A DNA stretch of 64,000 bases. Origin: Mobula hypostoma. Lineage: Eukaryota. This document shows positions 50,085 through 63,068 of the stretch, piece after piece. The notes beneath the pieces are model-generated. The model worked only from the letters and a program-made list of their open reading frames with translations, had not been told where the DNA came from and searched no databases. The stretch lies in the NCBI RefSeq assembly GCF_963921235.1, contig NC_086108.1:102984001-103048000 (forward strand), read 5' to 3'. Every line of letters begins with the position of its first letter. Within the stretch, counting starts at the first letter, position 1. The position numbers were made by a program, and so were the translations under genes.

Positions 50085-52720
50085 GGACCTCAGTTAGACC
50101 AGTTGGCACAGGGGCAGTGTCAGGCCATTCATCCCATCGAGTCTGCTCTGCCATTCGATCGTGGCTGATTTATTCTCCCTCTCAACCCCATTCTCCCCCT
50201 AACCTTACTGATCAAAAAAAAACTATCAACCCCCACGCTTTCAATATACCCAGCGACGTGGCCTCCGTAACCATCTGTGGCACTGAATTCCACGGATTCA
50301 CCACCCTCTGGCTAAAGAAATTCCTCCTCATCTCTGTTCTAAAGGGACGCCCTTGTATTCTGAGGCTGTCCCCTCTGGCCCTAGACTCTCCCAGTACTGA
50401 AAGCGTCCCCTCCACAACCATTCAGTCAAGGCTTTTCGATACTCGATAGGTTTCAATGAACCCCCACCCCACCCATGGTTCTAAACTCCAGTGAAAACTG
50501 ATTCAGAGCCTCATACTTTAAACCTTTCATTCCAGGGGTCGTTTTTGTGAACCTTCTCTGGACTCTCTCCAATGCCAGCACATTCTTTCTAAGATAAGAG
50601 CCCAAAACTTCACAATGTTCCAAATGCAGACTGACCAATGCCTTAGAAAACCTGAGCATTAATCAGTTCTTTTGGCATTGGTTCCCCTTCACCCCCCCCC
50701 CCCATTTTATGTAGCTTCACATTCATACCCTTCTCACCAAGTTCCATGACTCTCTGGGAACTTCTTCTCCACAGACACAACCCTCCCCACCCCCCCAACA
50801 TCTCTCTTCTGGCCCTTACTTTTCACTCTCCTCTCAAGTGCTGAATTTGGACTCCTTGTAAAAGAATCAGTTCCCCTTCCCACTCCCCTCACCCCCAACT
50901 CACGAATCCCAGCCACGCACATGACTTAGCTTTTTCAAGGTGCTGTTCAAATGAAAGGACGTTTATGGGAACGGGAAAGCAGGATCTCGTTCTGAAGCAC
51001 TAGCGTGAAAATGAGGGCTGAATGCCTTCCTTTCTGATTTTATTTGCCGTATCCACATAAAGGCACCTGTTGAAAACAGCTTTGGTTCAGCCACATTTTG
51101 GAGTACCGTGTTTCGTTCGAGTCACCTCATTACAAGGAGGATGTGAAGGCTTTGAAGAGGATGCAGAGGAGGTTTACCAGGATGATACCTGTATAGAGAG
51201 AATTAGCTTTAAAGAGAGGTTGGACAAACTTGGGTTGTTTACTCTGGAGTGTTGGAAGGCTAAGGGGAAACATGATAGAAATTTATAAAGTTCTGAGAGG
51301 CATATTTAGTGTAGATAGTCAGTCTCTTTCCCAGGGTAGAAGTTTCAGATGGAGGGGGAAAGTTTTGGGGAGATGTGTGGGTTGAGTTTTTTTTTGCAAG
51401 AAGACTGATAGGTGCCTAGATCATGCTGTCAGAAGTTGATGCAGATAGAGAAAAGTGACATTTAACAGGTATATGAATATGAAAGAAAGGGCCATATGAA
51501 TCATGTGCAGGGTTTAGTCTCATTTGGCATCGTGGTCAACACAGACATTGTGGGCCGAAGGGCCTTTTCCTGTGCTATACTGTGCACTGTTCCAATTCTC
51601 AGTGACAGGCATGCAGCAACGAAATCTGCCTTTCTCCTATTCCAGGCCTCCAGTTTAGCTGCTGCACTTAAACCATTTCTGGAGTTACACTTGTCAGACC
51701 ACTCACACTGACTGAATGACTCTCTGAAGAGCTGGCACAGGATCAGTGGGCCAAATGGCCTCTATTTATGCTGTAACAATTCTGATTCTGTTACCTGTGT
51801 CTTGCCTTCAAGCTCCTGAGCCTCTGAACTTTGATCACCTGAGCTTAAAGAGCTGTGGAACTTGTGTCTCAATTCACAACTGTTTACCCACTGATTACCT
51901 TTGAATCCTGTGGATTGGGCTGACTTGAAGTGAGTGGCTGAGGAGCTGGATCTTAGTTCTTCAGAGCTGAAAAGAATGAGTGGTGATAATCCTATTGAAC
52001 CATCTAATGGAATGTCCGTGTAGATGTTGAGATATTTCCAATTAGTAGATCATAAGGCTATGAAACATAGGAGCAGAATTAGGGCATTCGGCCCATCAAG
52101 TCTGCTCTGCCTTTCCATCATGGCTGATTTATTATCTTTCTCAACTCCATTCTCTTCTCCCCGTAACCTTTGACACTCTTCCTAATCAAGACCCTGTCAT
52201 CCTCTGCTTTAAATATACCCAATGACTTGGCCTCCACTGGTGGCAATGAATTCCAGAGATTCAACACCCTCTGGCTAAAGAAATTCCTCTTCATCCCTGT
52301 TATAGAGTCATAGAATAGTAGTACATCATGAACATAGGCCCTTCAGCCCATCTAGTCCATGCCAAACCATTTAAACTGCCCACCCACATCGACCTGCCCT
52401 GGGACCATAGCCCTCCATACCCTTTAGAACCAAACTTCTCTTAAACGTTGAAATCAAGCTCACATGCACCACTTGTGCTGGCAGCTTATTCCACACTCTC
52501 ACAACCCTCTGAGTGAAGAAGTTTCCCTTCATATTCCCCTTAAACTTTTCACCTTTCACCCTTAACCCATGATCTCGGATTGTAGTCCCATGCAACCTCA
52601 GTGGAAAAACCCTGCTTGAATGTATACGACTCATAATTTTGTTTACCTATAATTTTGTTCTAAAGAGATGTCTTTCTATTCTGAGGCTGTGCCCTCTGGT
52701 CCTAGACATCCCCCTTGTAG
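50085..52720. mobile_element. Several CR1 3' fragments (50085-50660 -, 51060-51590 +, 52050-52720 - with a nested copy)
   Basis: FRTEMRRNFFSQRVVNPWN, FKERLDKLGLFTLE and GNFFTQRVVRVWNKLP motifs, plus CR1 3' UTRs. Confidence 0.7.
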
Positions 52721-52964
52721 GTCATCATGTCTATCGGTCGAGGGCAATGGGGAAGTTGTGTGAACGTGAACACAGGTGCCGGAGTTTGGAGTGAAAACAA
52801 AGCTCACGAGACGGAGCTCCCATTGACAGAGTCCCTTTAAACGATCAGTCCACCACTCACTCTTCCGTCAGCATCAGAAGCTGATGTATTATCACTGGCA
52901 TAAAACAGTACAGTGCAAAGGCATAAAATCTATAAATTACAATAAATAAATATTGCAGAAATTG

Positions 52965-53290
52965 AGGTCACAAACACGAGAAAATCTGCAGATGCTGAAA
53001 TCCAGAGCAACGCACACAAAATGCTGGAGGAACTCCGCAGGCCAGGCAGCATCTATGGAAAAGAGTAAACAGTCGACGTTTCTGTCCGAGACCCTTCATC
53101 GGGACTGGACAGGGGAGAGGAGTCAATAAAGAAGATAGGGAGAGTGGAAGAAGAAGTACAAGGTGGCAGGTGATAGGTGAAACCGGGAGAGGGGGAGGGG
53201 TGAAGTATAGAGCTGCAAAGTTGATCAGTGAAAGAGATAAAGGGTTGGAGAAGTGGGAATCTGATAGGAGAGGACAGAAGACCATGGGGT
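52965..53290 (-). mobile_element. Penelope pLTR-derived repeat
   Basis: Minus strand CAGTC-CCGATGA-agggtctcggaca-GAAA-CGTC-GACTG at about 53070-53107, with a U4>C change in the core. Confidence 0.7.
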
Positions 53291-55189
53291 AGTGTTTCTG
53301 GATTCGTGGACCATTCAGAAATCCGAATGCAAAGGGGAAGAAGCTGCTCCTGATTGAGTGTAGGTGTTTAGGGTTCTGTACCTCCTCTCTGATGGTAGTA
53401 GTGAGAAGAGAGATGGATGGTGAGGGTCCTAAATGATGGATCCCACTTTAGTGAGGCACCACCTTTTTGAAGACATCCTTATCCTTATTGGTGGGAAGGG
53501 TTAGATGATAGAGCTGGATGACACTACAAACCTGTGCAGCCTTTTGCGATCCTCTGCATTGGAGCCTCCGTACCAGGATGTGTTTCAACATCACAGAATG
53601 CTCTCAGCTGTTCACCTAAAGCAATTTTCCAGAGTTTTTGGTGATGTATAGAATTCCCTCCAACTCCGAAGGAAGTTGCGCTGTTGGCTTACCTTCTCCG
53701 TGACTGCGTCGATGTGTTTGGCCCAGGAGAGTTCCTCTGAGACTTGCCCTTCCTGAAGTCCACAAACAGTTCCACATCCAAAGTCATCCATCACGGCCGC
53801 ACACCAGCACTTAATTGGATACGCGAAAGGAAGAGAGTGATAGAGCATTGAATCGGGAGCCATGAACCAATTTCAAATGACACCATCATTATGGGCATAA
53901 ACAAGGAACAGGCGAGGAACATCTCCCTCAGCTCTTGTTGTAAATCACTGGGATGCAATGTTCCCATGACAACAGAGAAACCTTTACCTCAGGCAAAGTG
54001 TTTTGAGTAGGAACTGATGGTGTTTACCTGATTTGATTAAAACACATCTCAGTTCCCATCAGCCTGACGCATACCAAAAGTACCGGATGATTGTAGGTTT
54101 ACAGTGATGAATGTTCTGTTGGAGAAAAGGTAATGAGTGCTGTATATTCTTCCCAGAGGATTATTTTAGATGTAAACTTTGATTCTTGCTTTTATGCGTC
54201 TCTAAGAACAGTGTTGAGGAAAAGGAAAGTGGTCCAAGGACTGCTAAACATTTTCCTTGCTGAAAGTATGTGATTGATGAGGAATGGATTAGTGTCAGCT
54301 AAAGATGCCCTCTTCTAAATGTCCATTGTCTTCTGACTCAGCAATAGGGATAATCCTGGGATTATAGATCAGTGAGTCGTACATCAATGATGGGCAAACT
54401 ACTGGAGAAGATTCTTAGAGACAGGATTCACGAGCATTTGGAGAAGCGTAATCATGTTAGGGATAACTAGCATGGCTTTGTGAGGGGCAGGCCGTGCCTC
54501 TTTTCGAGGAAGTGACAAACAGATTGATAAAGGCAGAACGGTGGATGTGGCGTATATGGATTTTAGTAAGACATTTGACACAGTTGCCTGTATTTTATGT
54601 TCAACGTTGCACTGGGGAGTTTGTATGGTGGTCACTTGAGTGACATTCTTTACAGTCACCAGTACTAAACAAACTATAGCCCCAGGGCAGGGGATGATTT
54701 GGCAAAGAACATTGAAATGTAGTTAAAGGAATTGAACAATTAGCCTGCTGAACATGATCCTTCGTTCCTTAGACATACAGTCAGTGGCCTCTTTATTAGG
54801 TACGCCTGCTTGTTAATGCAAATATTGTTTATTTATTTATTGAACAATACATTGTATGGTAGGTCCTGCTGGCCCTTTGAGCTACATGGTCCCAGCAACT
54901 CCTGATAATCCTCAATGAACTCTCACCCTAATCACGGAACAATTTACGGTGACCAATTAACCTACCTGGTATGTCTTTGAACTGTGGGAGGAAACTGGAG
55001 GAGCCGGAGAAAACCCACATATTCCATGAGGAGGATGTACAGAGACTCCTTACAAAATCAAGCCGGAATTGAACTCCAAACTCAGATGCCCCCGGCCGTA
55101 ATAGTGTTGTGCAAACTGCTATGCTATCGTGGTGCCCTAATATCTAATCAGCCAATCATGTGGCAACACTAGAAGTCCCCCTCTTGGGG

Positions 55190-57100
55190 GAGCCTGATTT
55201 TTCCCAATCTACTTGCTTATTGAAATCCCCCATGAATATTGTAACATTGCCTTTTGGCATGCATTTCCTGTCTCCCATAGTAACTTGTATACCACCTTAC
55301 TACTGTTTTGGGGTCTTTGTATAATACTCATCAGGGTCTTTTTACCCTTGCAGTTCCTCAGCTCTATCCACAATGATTCAATACCTTCTGACCGTATGTC
55401 ACCTCTTTCGAATGCCCTCCTGCCTGTCCTTTCGATACATTGTTTATCTTTGGACATTAAGCTCCCAGCTATAATCTTCTCTCAGCCATGATTAAATGAT
55501 GTGTACATCTTATTTACCAATATGTAACTGTGCTACAAATTCATCAACTGTATTCTATATACTGCATGCATTCAAATATAACACCTTCAGTCCTGTATTC
55601 ACCTTTTTCAATTTTGTCTGCGCTTTACATTGCAACTCATCCTGTTGACTCCAATTTTGCCCTATCATCAGCCTCTCCTTGCTAGGAGTCTCGCTTCACA
55701 TTGCTTCTGTTTGTAACCCAACTACCTCATCTCCAGCACTATCACACCAGTTCCCATCCCCCTGACAAATTAGTTTAAACCAACCCAAACAATTCTAGCC
55801 AACCTGCCCACAAGGATATTGGACCCCTCGGTTTCAGTTGTAACCCATCCCTTTTGTATAGGTCATACCTTTCCCAGAAGAAATCCCAATGATCCATAAA
55901 TCTGAACCCCTGCACCAGTTCCTCAGCCATGCAGTCACCTGCCAAATCATCTTATTCTTACCCTCACTGACACCTGGCACAGGCAGCAATCTAGAAATTA
56001 CTACTCTGGAGGTCCTGTTTCTCTGCTTTCGACCTAGCTCCCTAAAATCTCTCATCAGGACCTCCTCACATTGTCTACCTGTGTCATTGGTTCCAATATG
56101 TAGTAAGACTTCAGGCTGCTCACCCTCGTCCTTGAGAATGCCATGGACAAGATCTGAGACATCCCTGACCCGGTCACCAGGGAGGCAACATACTATCTGG
56201 GTGTATCTTATCATGCCCACAGAACTTCGTCTCTGTTCCTCTGACTAAAGAACTCCTATCAACATTGCAGTCCTCTTCCCCTCTCTGCTCTTCTGAGCCA
56301 CAGCACCAGACTCAGTGCCAGAGACCAGGTCAATGTGGCTCCCACTGGTAGGTCATCCTCCTCAATTTTTTTGTAGACAGCTGTCGATCCCAGGAGATCA
56401 TGGGTTTGCACCTCTGGTGGACTGTGTCCTCTCCAGGGCGCAAGCCTGGGCGGGAAGGTTTGAAGAACCGGCTGTTGCCCGTGCAGCAGGTTCCCCCTCT
56501 CCACGTCACTGATGTAGTCCAAGGGGAGGGCAAGCGCCGATACAGCTTGGCACCAGTGTCGTCGCAGAGGGTGCCAGAGTGAAAACGTAAATAATATCTA
56601 ACTACCGGATTTTTTCCTTGGGGTTTACTCCCAAAGCCTTTCCCAGAGGTGGGTATGGTCACAAGGCACCGGAGGTTTAAAATCAGAGTTTTCCTTCTCC
56701 TCCTCAATAATATCTAAAGTTGTATACTTATTGAGGGGAACGGCCACAGGTGTACTCCGCACTGGCTGTGCATTTCCCCTCCTTCTCCTGACAGTCACCC
56801 AGTTACCTGTCTCCTACAGCCTAAGGATGCCTGCCTCCCTGTAGCTCCTGTCTGTCATCTCCTCATTCTCCACTATGAGCCCAAGGTCATCGAGCTGCAG
56901 CTCCAGTTCCTCAATCCATTCTCTCAGGGTTTGTAGCTTGGTACACCTGGTGCAGATTTGCTTATCTGGGAGACTGGAGGTCTCCCTGACTTCCCACATC
57001 CCACACACAGTACAAAACACTGCCCCTGGAGCCACGCTGTCTAAATTATGTACTAATAGATGAGGACTGAACAAATAAGAACACAGAGTAATTTACAAAT
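55190..57100 (-). mobile_element. CR1 LINE 5' portion: ORF1 (zinc finger, coiled coil, SGNH esterase) and start of the endonuclease
   Basis: CTVCGMWE...ICTRC...IEELELQLDDL (56814-57074); CCLPG...HIGTND...VVISRLLPVP (55834-56220); ESLWIELRN (55209-55457). Confidence 0.8.
56367..56697 (-). mobile_element. Poly(A)-tailed non-autonomous retroelement nested in CR1 ORF1
   Basis: 11-bp TSD tcctcctcaat (56356-56366, 56698-56708); A-tail on the minus strand; RTE-5'-like block. Confidence 0.7.
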
Positions 57101-58489
57101 AATCTACCCCACCCAAGCCTGTTCTCGCCTGAACCTGATAACTCTAACGACTGGTGCACTCACGGGAATGGTCACACCTCTTGTACCTACGTTACTTGTG
57201 CTCTCCCCCCCCCCCCAATGAATCCCCCTTGCTGATTGGTCACTCCTCAAATCAGAAAAACTGCCGCGAAACTCTGCTTTTGAAATCTCGATCGCTGCCC
57301 TGATTAAAAATCAGCTCCTTTCACACACCCCTGGTGTGGATCGTCCAACTCTGTATACAATATCTGTATACCATAATTTTATTGTATCTAGTGAGTGGTT
57401 AATGTCTAAACTGACAGGATGCTGAAGAAATTTGTTTAGAGATACAATGCAGAACAGCCCAACGAGCCGCACTGCCCAGCAATCCGGCTATTTAACACTA
57501 GCCTAATCACAAGACAATTTACAATGGCCAGTTAACCTCCTAACCAGTACATCTTTGGACTGTGGGAGTAAACTGGAGTATCCAGTGGAAACCCATGAAT
57601 TCACAGGGAGTACGTAAAAACTCCTTACAGACAGTGCCGGAATTCACCTTCAAACTTGGGGACACGACGATCAGTAATAGCATTGCGCTGACCTACTGTG
57701 ACACCCCATCATGCCTGTCAAAAGGGAATAGGATCAAACTCTTCCCAGCTCTCCTAATACCAGACCGCACCTACTGTATTTGCAGCAACAAATGAATCTG
57801 CCAGTCAGTCTGCGAGCTGTGGACAGAAACTGGTGCAGTGGGAGGGAACCCACGTGGTCAGAGGGGGAACGTGCGTGTGTACTCCACACAGATGGCACCA
57901 GCAGTCGGGATTGGACTCAGGACACCAGAGCTGTTGGGCATCAGCACCAACATCTCTAGCACTGTGTCATGTATCTTACTATAACCTCCCTCGCCGTGCC
58001 TCCTGCTCCACCACAATCTGCTGGTTCTATGAGACTGAGTGAAGGCCCATGGGACAGTATGGTCCATTTCTCCACTAATCTTCATATGAAGTAAGCTTTC
58101 CTGACTTCATCCCTGAAGACACTCACTTTGATGTGGCCCAAAATCAGGCAGCATCTGTGGAGGGAAGTGGATAAGGCCATTAACTACCAATCTGCAACGA
58201 ATTTGGGATAAGGTAGCTGGGGGTGGGGGAGGGGTGGATTATTGAAGCACCCAGAGAGAAAATCCACTCAGTTACAAGGAGAACATCCAAACTCCACACA
58301 CAGCACCTGGTTCCTAGCAGCAGCTCCACCAGGTGCACCTCTGTACTGCCCTGAAGCCAATAAAATGATGGCCAATCATACCTCAAATTCTGTTATTTAT
58401 TATTTTTTTGTTTTTTTGTATTATATTTTTTCTTTTATTTGTAAAATTTGCCGTCTTTTGCACATTGGCCATTTATCGGTCTTTATAAG

Positions 58490-58910
58490 TCCATAAAATA
58501 CAGGAACAGAATTGGGCCATTTGGCTCATCATTTCATCATGGCTGATCCAATTTTCCCCTCAGCCCCAATGTCCTGCCTTCTCCCTGTATCCCTTCATGT
58601 GATGACCAATCAAGAATCTATCAACCTCTGCCTTAAATATGCATAAAGACTTGGCCTCCAAGGCTGCTTGACGCAAAGAATTCCACAGAGTCACCACTCT
58701 GGCTAAAGAAATCCCTCCCCATCTCGATTCTAAAAGGACGCTCCACTATTCTGAGGCTGTGTTCCTAGATTCTGCCATCATAGGAAACATCTTCTCCTCA
58801 TCCTCTCTATCAAGGCCTTTCACCATTCAATAGGTTTTAATTCCAGTGAATACAGGCCCAGAGCCATCAAATGCTCTTCATATGACAAGCCATTCAATCC
58901 TGAAATCATT
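58490..58910 (-). mobile_element. CR1 LINE 3' fragment
   Basis: CR1 3' UTR and RT C-terminus in reverse. Confidence 0.7.
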
Positions 58911-59160
58911 TATATATAGTTTTTCATAAATTCTATTGTATTTCTTTATTTTCCTGTAAATGCCTTCATGCAAATGAATCTCAATGTAGTATATGGTGAC
59001 ATAACCATACTTTGATAATAAATTTACTTTGAACTTTGAATCTTTTACCTCAGCTCTACTCCCCTGCGCTCACCCTCTTTTTCTCTTCCATCCCTTAATA
59101 TGTTTCCTTAACTACTTTTGCCACTGTATTGATACAGGAAAAATATATTTCTTATTTTAG

Positions 59161-59268
59161 GAAAACCTCCAATTCATGGTTGAGTACTGGCTGGTTTACC
59201 ATGATCATTGCTCTTGAACTGTGTGACAGAATTGATGTCTATGGCATGGTCCCACCTAACCTCTGCAG
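59161..59268 (+). CDS. ST6GALNAC5: ST6GALNAC5-like coding exon 4 (sialylmotif S)
   Basis: Acceptor ttattttag|. Phase-2 join gives R-KTSNSWLSTGWFTMIIALELCDRIDVYGMVPPNLC-R. Donor AG|gtaggt; 108 nt. The ORF track shows only a different frame here. Confidence 0.93.
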
Positions 59269-59649
59269 GTAGGTCGTTACGCATTGTTGTGGCGTTTCAG
59301 CATCAGGTTCTTTTATTGGCTTTGTGCCCCACTCCTTCAGTCACCCAACCCATTCTACAAGCTGTGGTGCCGATGGTTCCCACAGACTAGCTTCAATCGC
59401 ATTGATACATTGGAGGAGTTTTTCCTGGCGTGTGTTTTTTCATATTGGCAAGAATTTTGGATATCTATTTCATGTTTAACCTCTCCCTTGATTTTGGCTG
59501 AATTAAAGTGAGTAAATATTGTATCACCCAATTGTATGGGATGAAAGATAGAGGGCCTTCTTACTCTTTACATGAAATTAAGAAGGAATCACCCCCAGTT
59601 CTGATCACCCCTTTACCCAAAGGCTCTTACCTACTGCTGTTATCATTAT

Positions 59650-60320
59650 ATATTTGAACAGTACAGCACACTACAGGTCCTTTGGCCCACAATGTTTTGC
59701 CAATCTTTTACAATATAGAACAGAGTAGAATACAGCACAAGATGTGGTGCCAAACCAGCTAAAAAGCAAATCAAAAACACCCAAACACTAATCCCTCCTC
59801 CCTACACCATATCCATATCCCTCCATCTTCCTTACATCCATGTGCCTATCCAAACGTCTCTTAAAAGCCTCCAATGTACTTGCCTCTACCATCATGCATT
59901 CCAGGCATCCTCCACTCTTGAGTAAAAAAAACTTACCCTCACATCCTCTTTGAACCTACCCCCTCTCACCTTCAATGCCTGCCCTCTGGTATTAGACTTT
60001 TCAACCCTGAGAAACAGGGATACTCCCTGATTACTCTATAATCTTCTAAAGCTCTATCAAATTTCCTCTCAGCCTCCAGCGCTCTAGAGTAAACAACCCA
60101 AGTTTATCCAGCCTCTCGTGATAGCACCTCTAAACCAGGCAGCATCCTGGTAAACCTCTTCTGCACCCTCTCCAAAGCTTCAACATCCTTCCTATAGTGG
60201 GGTGACCAGAACTGTATGTGGCCTCACCAGAGATTTATAAAACTGCAACATAACCTTTGGACGTTTGAACTCAATGCCTTGACTAATGAAAGCAAGCATT
60301 CCACAAGCCTTCTTAACCTG
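59650..60320 (-). mobile_element. CR1 LINE 3' fragments
   Basis: Reverse-complement RT C-terminus (ggtaaacctcttctgcaccctctcc) and 3' UTR. Confidence 0.65.
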
Positions 60321-60941
60321 CTGTAATCCTTCCCTCCCACATAGCCCTCCATTTTTTTCTATCATTCATGTGATATCTAAGATTCTCCTAATTGTCCATA
60401 ATCTATCTGCCTTCCACACACTTCCCCCTCTGAGTAAATTTTTTTAAAAACTTCTTGACATCAATCCAAAATTGACGCCTCTTTCAAACAGCCTGTCTAA
60501 TAATCTTATCTCAAATAATGAACTCGGTGTGCTGCTTTTTGATTCATTATTGGGAATCTCTGTAACTGTAACATCTCATTTTGTATTCTGTTACTGTTTT
60601 CCTGGTACACCTCAATGCACCGTTGTAATGAATCGATCTGTATGGATGGTATGCAAGACAAGTTTTTCACTATACTTTGATACATGTGACAATAATAAAC
60701 CAATTTACCAATTTCACACAGGCATTACTAGTAAGCAGAACACTCACTGTCTCACCGTCCTTGAGGTGGTGCTGGTGAGTTGTCTTCTTGAACAGCTGCA
60801 GTCTTTGTATTTAGGAGGTTCCACGATTGTAAATTAGTGACATATTTTCAAGACTTGGAATTTGCAACGGTCAGAAAACCATCTTCCAGCGTTGAGTCTA
60901 GGAATTGCCCTTTCAACTAAACATCTAAGAACCACTTAATT

Positions 60942-63068
60942 ATAGAAACATAGAAACATAGAAAATAGGTGCAGGAGTAGGCCATTCGGCCCTTCGAGCC
61001 TGCACCGCCATTTATTATGATCATGGCTGATCATCCAACTCAGAACCCAGCCTTCCCTCCATACCCCCTGACCCCTGTAGCCACAAGGGCCATATCTAAC
61101 TCCCTCTTAAACATAGCCAATGAACTGGCCTCAACAGTTTGCTGTGGCAGAGAATTCCACAGATTCACCACTCTCTGTGTGAAGAAGTTTTTCCTAATCT
61201 CGGTCCTAAAAGGCTTCCCCTCTATCCTCAAACTGTGACCCCTCGTTCTGGACCTCCCCAACATCGGGAACAATCTTCCCGCATCTAGCCTGTCCAAGCC
61301 CTTTAGGATCTTATACGTTTCAATAAGATCCCCCCTCAATCTTCTAAATTCCAACGAGTACAAGCCCAGTTCATCCAGTCTTTCTTCATATGAAAGACCT
61401 GCCATCCCAGGAATCAATCTGGTGAACCTTCTTTGTACTCCCTCTATGGCAAAGATGTCTTTCCTCAGATTAGGGGACCAAAACTGCACACAATACTCCA
61501 GGTGTGGTCTCACCAAGGCCTTGTACAACTGCAGTAGTACCTCCCTGCTCCTGTACTCGAATCCTCTCGCTATAAATGCCAGCATACCGTTCGCCTTTTT
61601 CACCGCCTGCTGTACCTGCATGCCCACTTTCAATGACTGGTGTATAATGACACCCAGGTCTCGTTGCACCTCCCCTTTTCCTAATCGGCCACCATGCAGA
61701 TAATAATCTGTTTTCCTATTTTTGCCACCAAAGTGGATAACTTCACATTTATCCACATTAAATTGCATCTGCCATGAGTTTGCCCACTCACCCAACCTAT
61801 CCAAGTCACCCTGCATCCTCTTAGCATCCTCCTCACTGCTAACACTGCCACCCAGCTTGGTGTCATCCGCAAACTTGGAGATGCTGCATTTAATTCCCTC
61901 ATCCAAGTCATTAATATATATTGTAAACAACTGGGGTCCCAGCACTGAGCCTTGCGGTACCCCACTAGTCACCGCCTGCCATTCTGAAAAGGTCCCGTTT
62001 ATTCCCACTCTTTGCTTCCTGTCTGCTAACCAATTCTCCACCCACACCAATACCTTACCCCCAATACCGTGTGCTTTAAGTTTGCACACTAATCTCCTGT
62101 GTGGGACCTTGTCAAAAGCCTTTTGAAAATCCAAATATACCACATCCACTGGTTCTCCCCTATCCACTCTACTAGTTACATCCTCAAAAAATTCTATGAG
62201 ATTCGTCAGACATGATTTTCCTTTCACAAATCCATGCTGACTTTGTCCGATCATTTCACCGCTTTCCAAATGTGCTGTTATCACATCCTTGATAACTGAC
62301 TCTAGCAGTTTCCCCACCACCGACGTTAGGCTAACCGGCCTATAATTCCCCGGTTTCTCTCTCCCTCCTTTTTTAAAAAGTGGGGTTACATTAGCCACCC
62401 TCCAATCCTCAGGAACTAGTCCAGAATCTAACGAGTTTTGAAAAATTATCACTAATGCATCCACTATTTCTTGGGCTACTTCCTTAAGCACTCTGGGATG
62501 CAGACCATCTGGCCCTGGGGATTTATCTGCCTTCAATCCCTTCAATTTACCTAACACCACTTCCCTACTAACATGTATTTCACTCAGTTCCTCCATCTCA
62601 CTGGACCCTCTGTCCCTTACTATTTCTGGAAGATTATTTATGTCCTCCTTAGTGAAGACAGAACCAAAGTAATTATTCAATTGGTCTGCCATGTCCTTGC
62701 TCCCCATAATCAATTCACCTGTTTCTGTCTGCAGGGGACCTACATTTGTCTTTATCAGTCTTTTCCTTTTTACATATCTATAAAAGCTTTTACAGTCCGT
62801 TTTTATGTTCTCTGCCAGTTTTCTCTCATAATCTTTTTTCCCCTTCCTAATTAAGCCCTTTGTCCTCCTCTGCTGAACTCTGAATTTCTCCCAGTCCTCA
62901 GGTGAGCCACTTTCTCTGGCTAATTTGTATGCTACTTCTTTGGAATTGATACTATCCCTAATTTCTCTTGTCAGCCACGGGTGCACTACCTTCCTTGATT
63001 TATTCTTTTGCCAAACTGGGATGAACAATTGTTGTAGTTCATCCATGCAACCTTTAAATGCTTGCCAT
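60942..63068 (-). mobile_element. Young CR1 LINE, 2.1 kb, uninterrupted RT frame but no endonuclease
   Basis: 678-aa ORF 61040-63076 with [35 protein letters not shown] and FADD; (TTTCTATG)n tail. The start Met comes from flanking DNA. Confidence 0.95.

Noticed and set aside
49495..50168. Overlapping ORFs around exon 3 (125, 173 and 99 aa)
   Set aside because: Alternative frames of a GC-rich exon, with no recognisable motifs.
54334..54343. NRF2/MARE site TGACTCAGCA
   Set aside because: A single motif with no supporting cluster; plausible by chance in 64 kb.
55834..56220. Cellular SGNH esterase gene
   Set aside because: It lies between the CR1 ORF1 zinc finger and the endonuclease remnant and is frameshifted.
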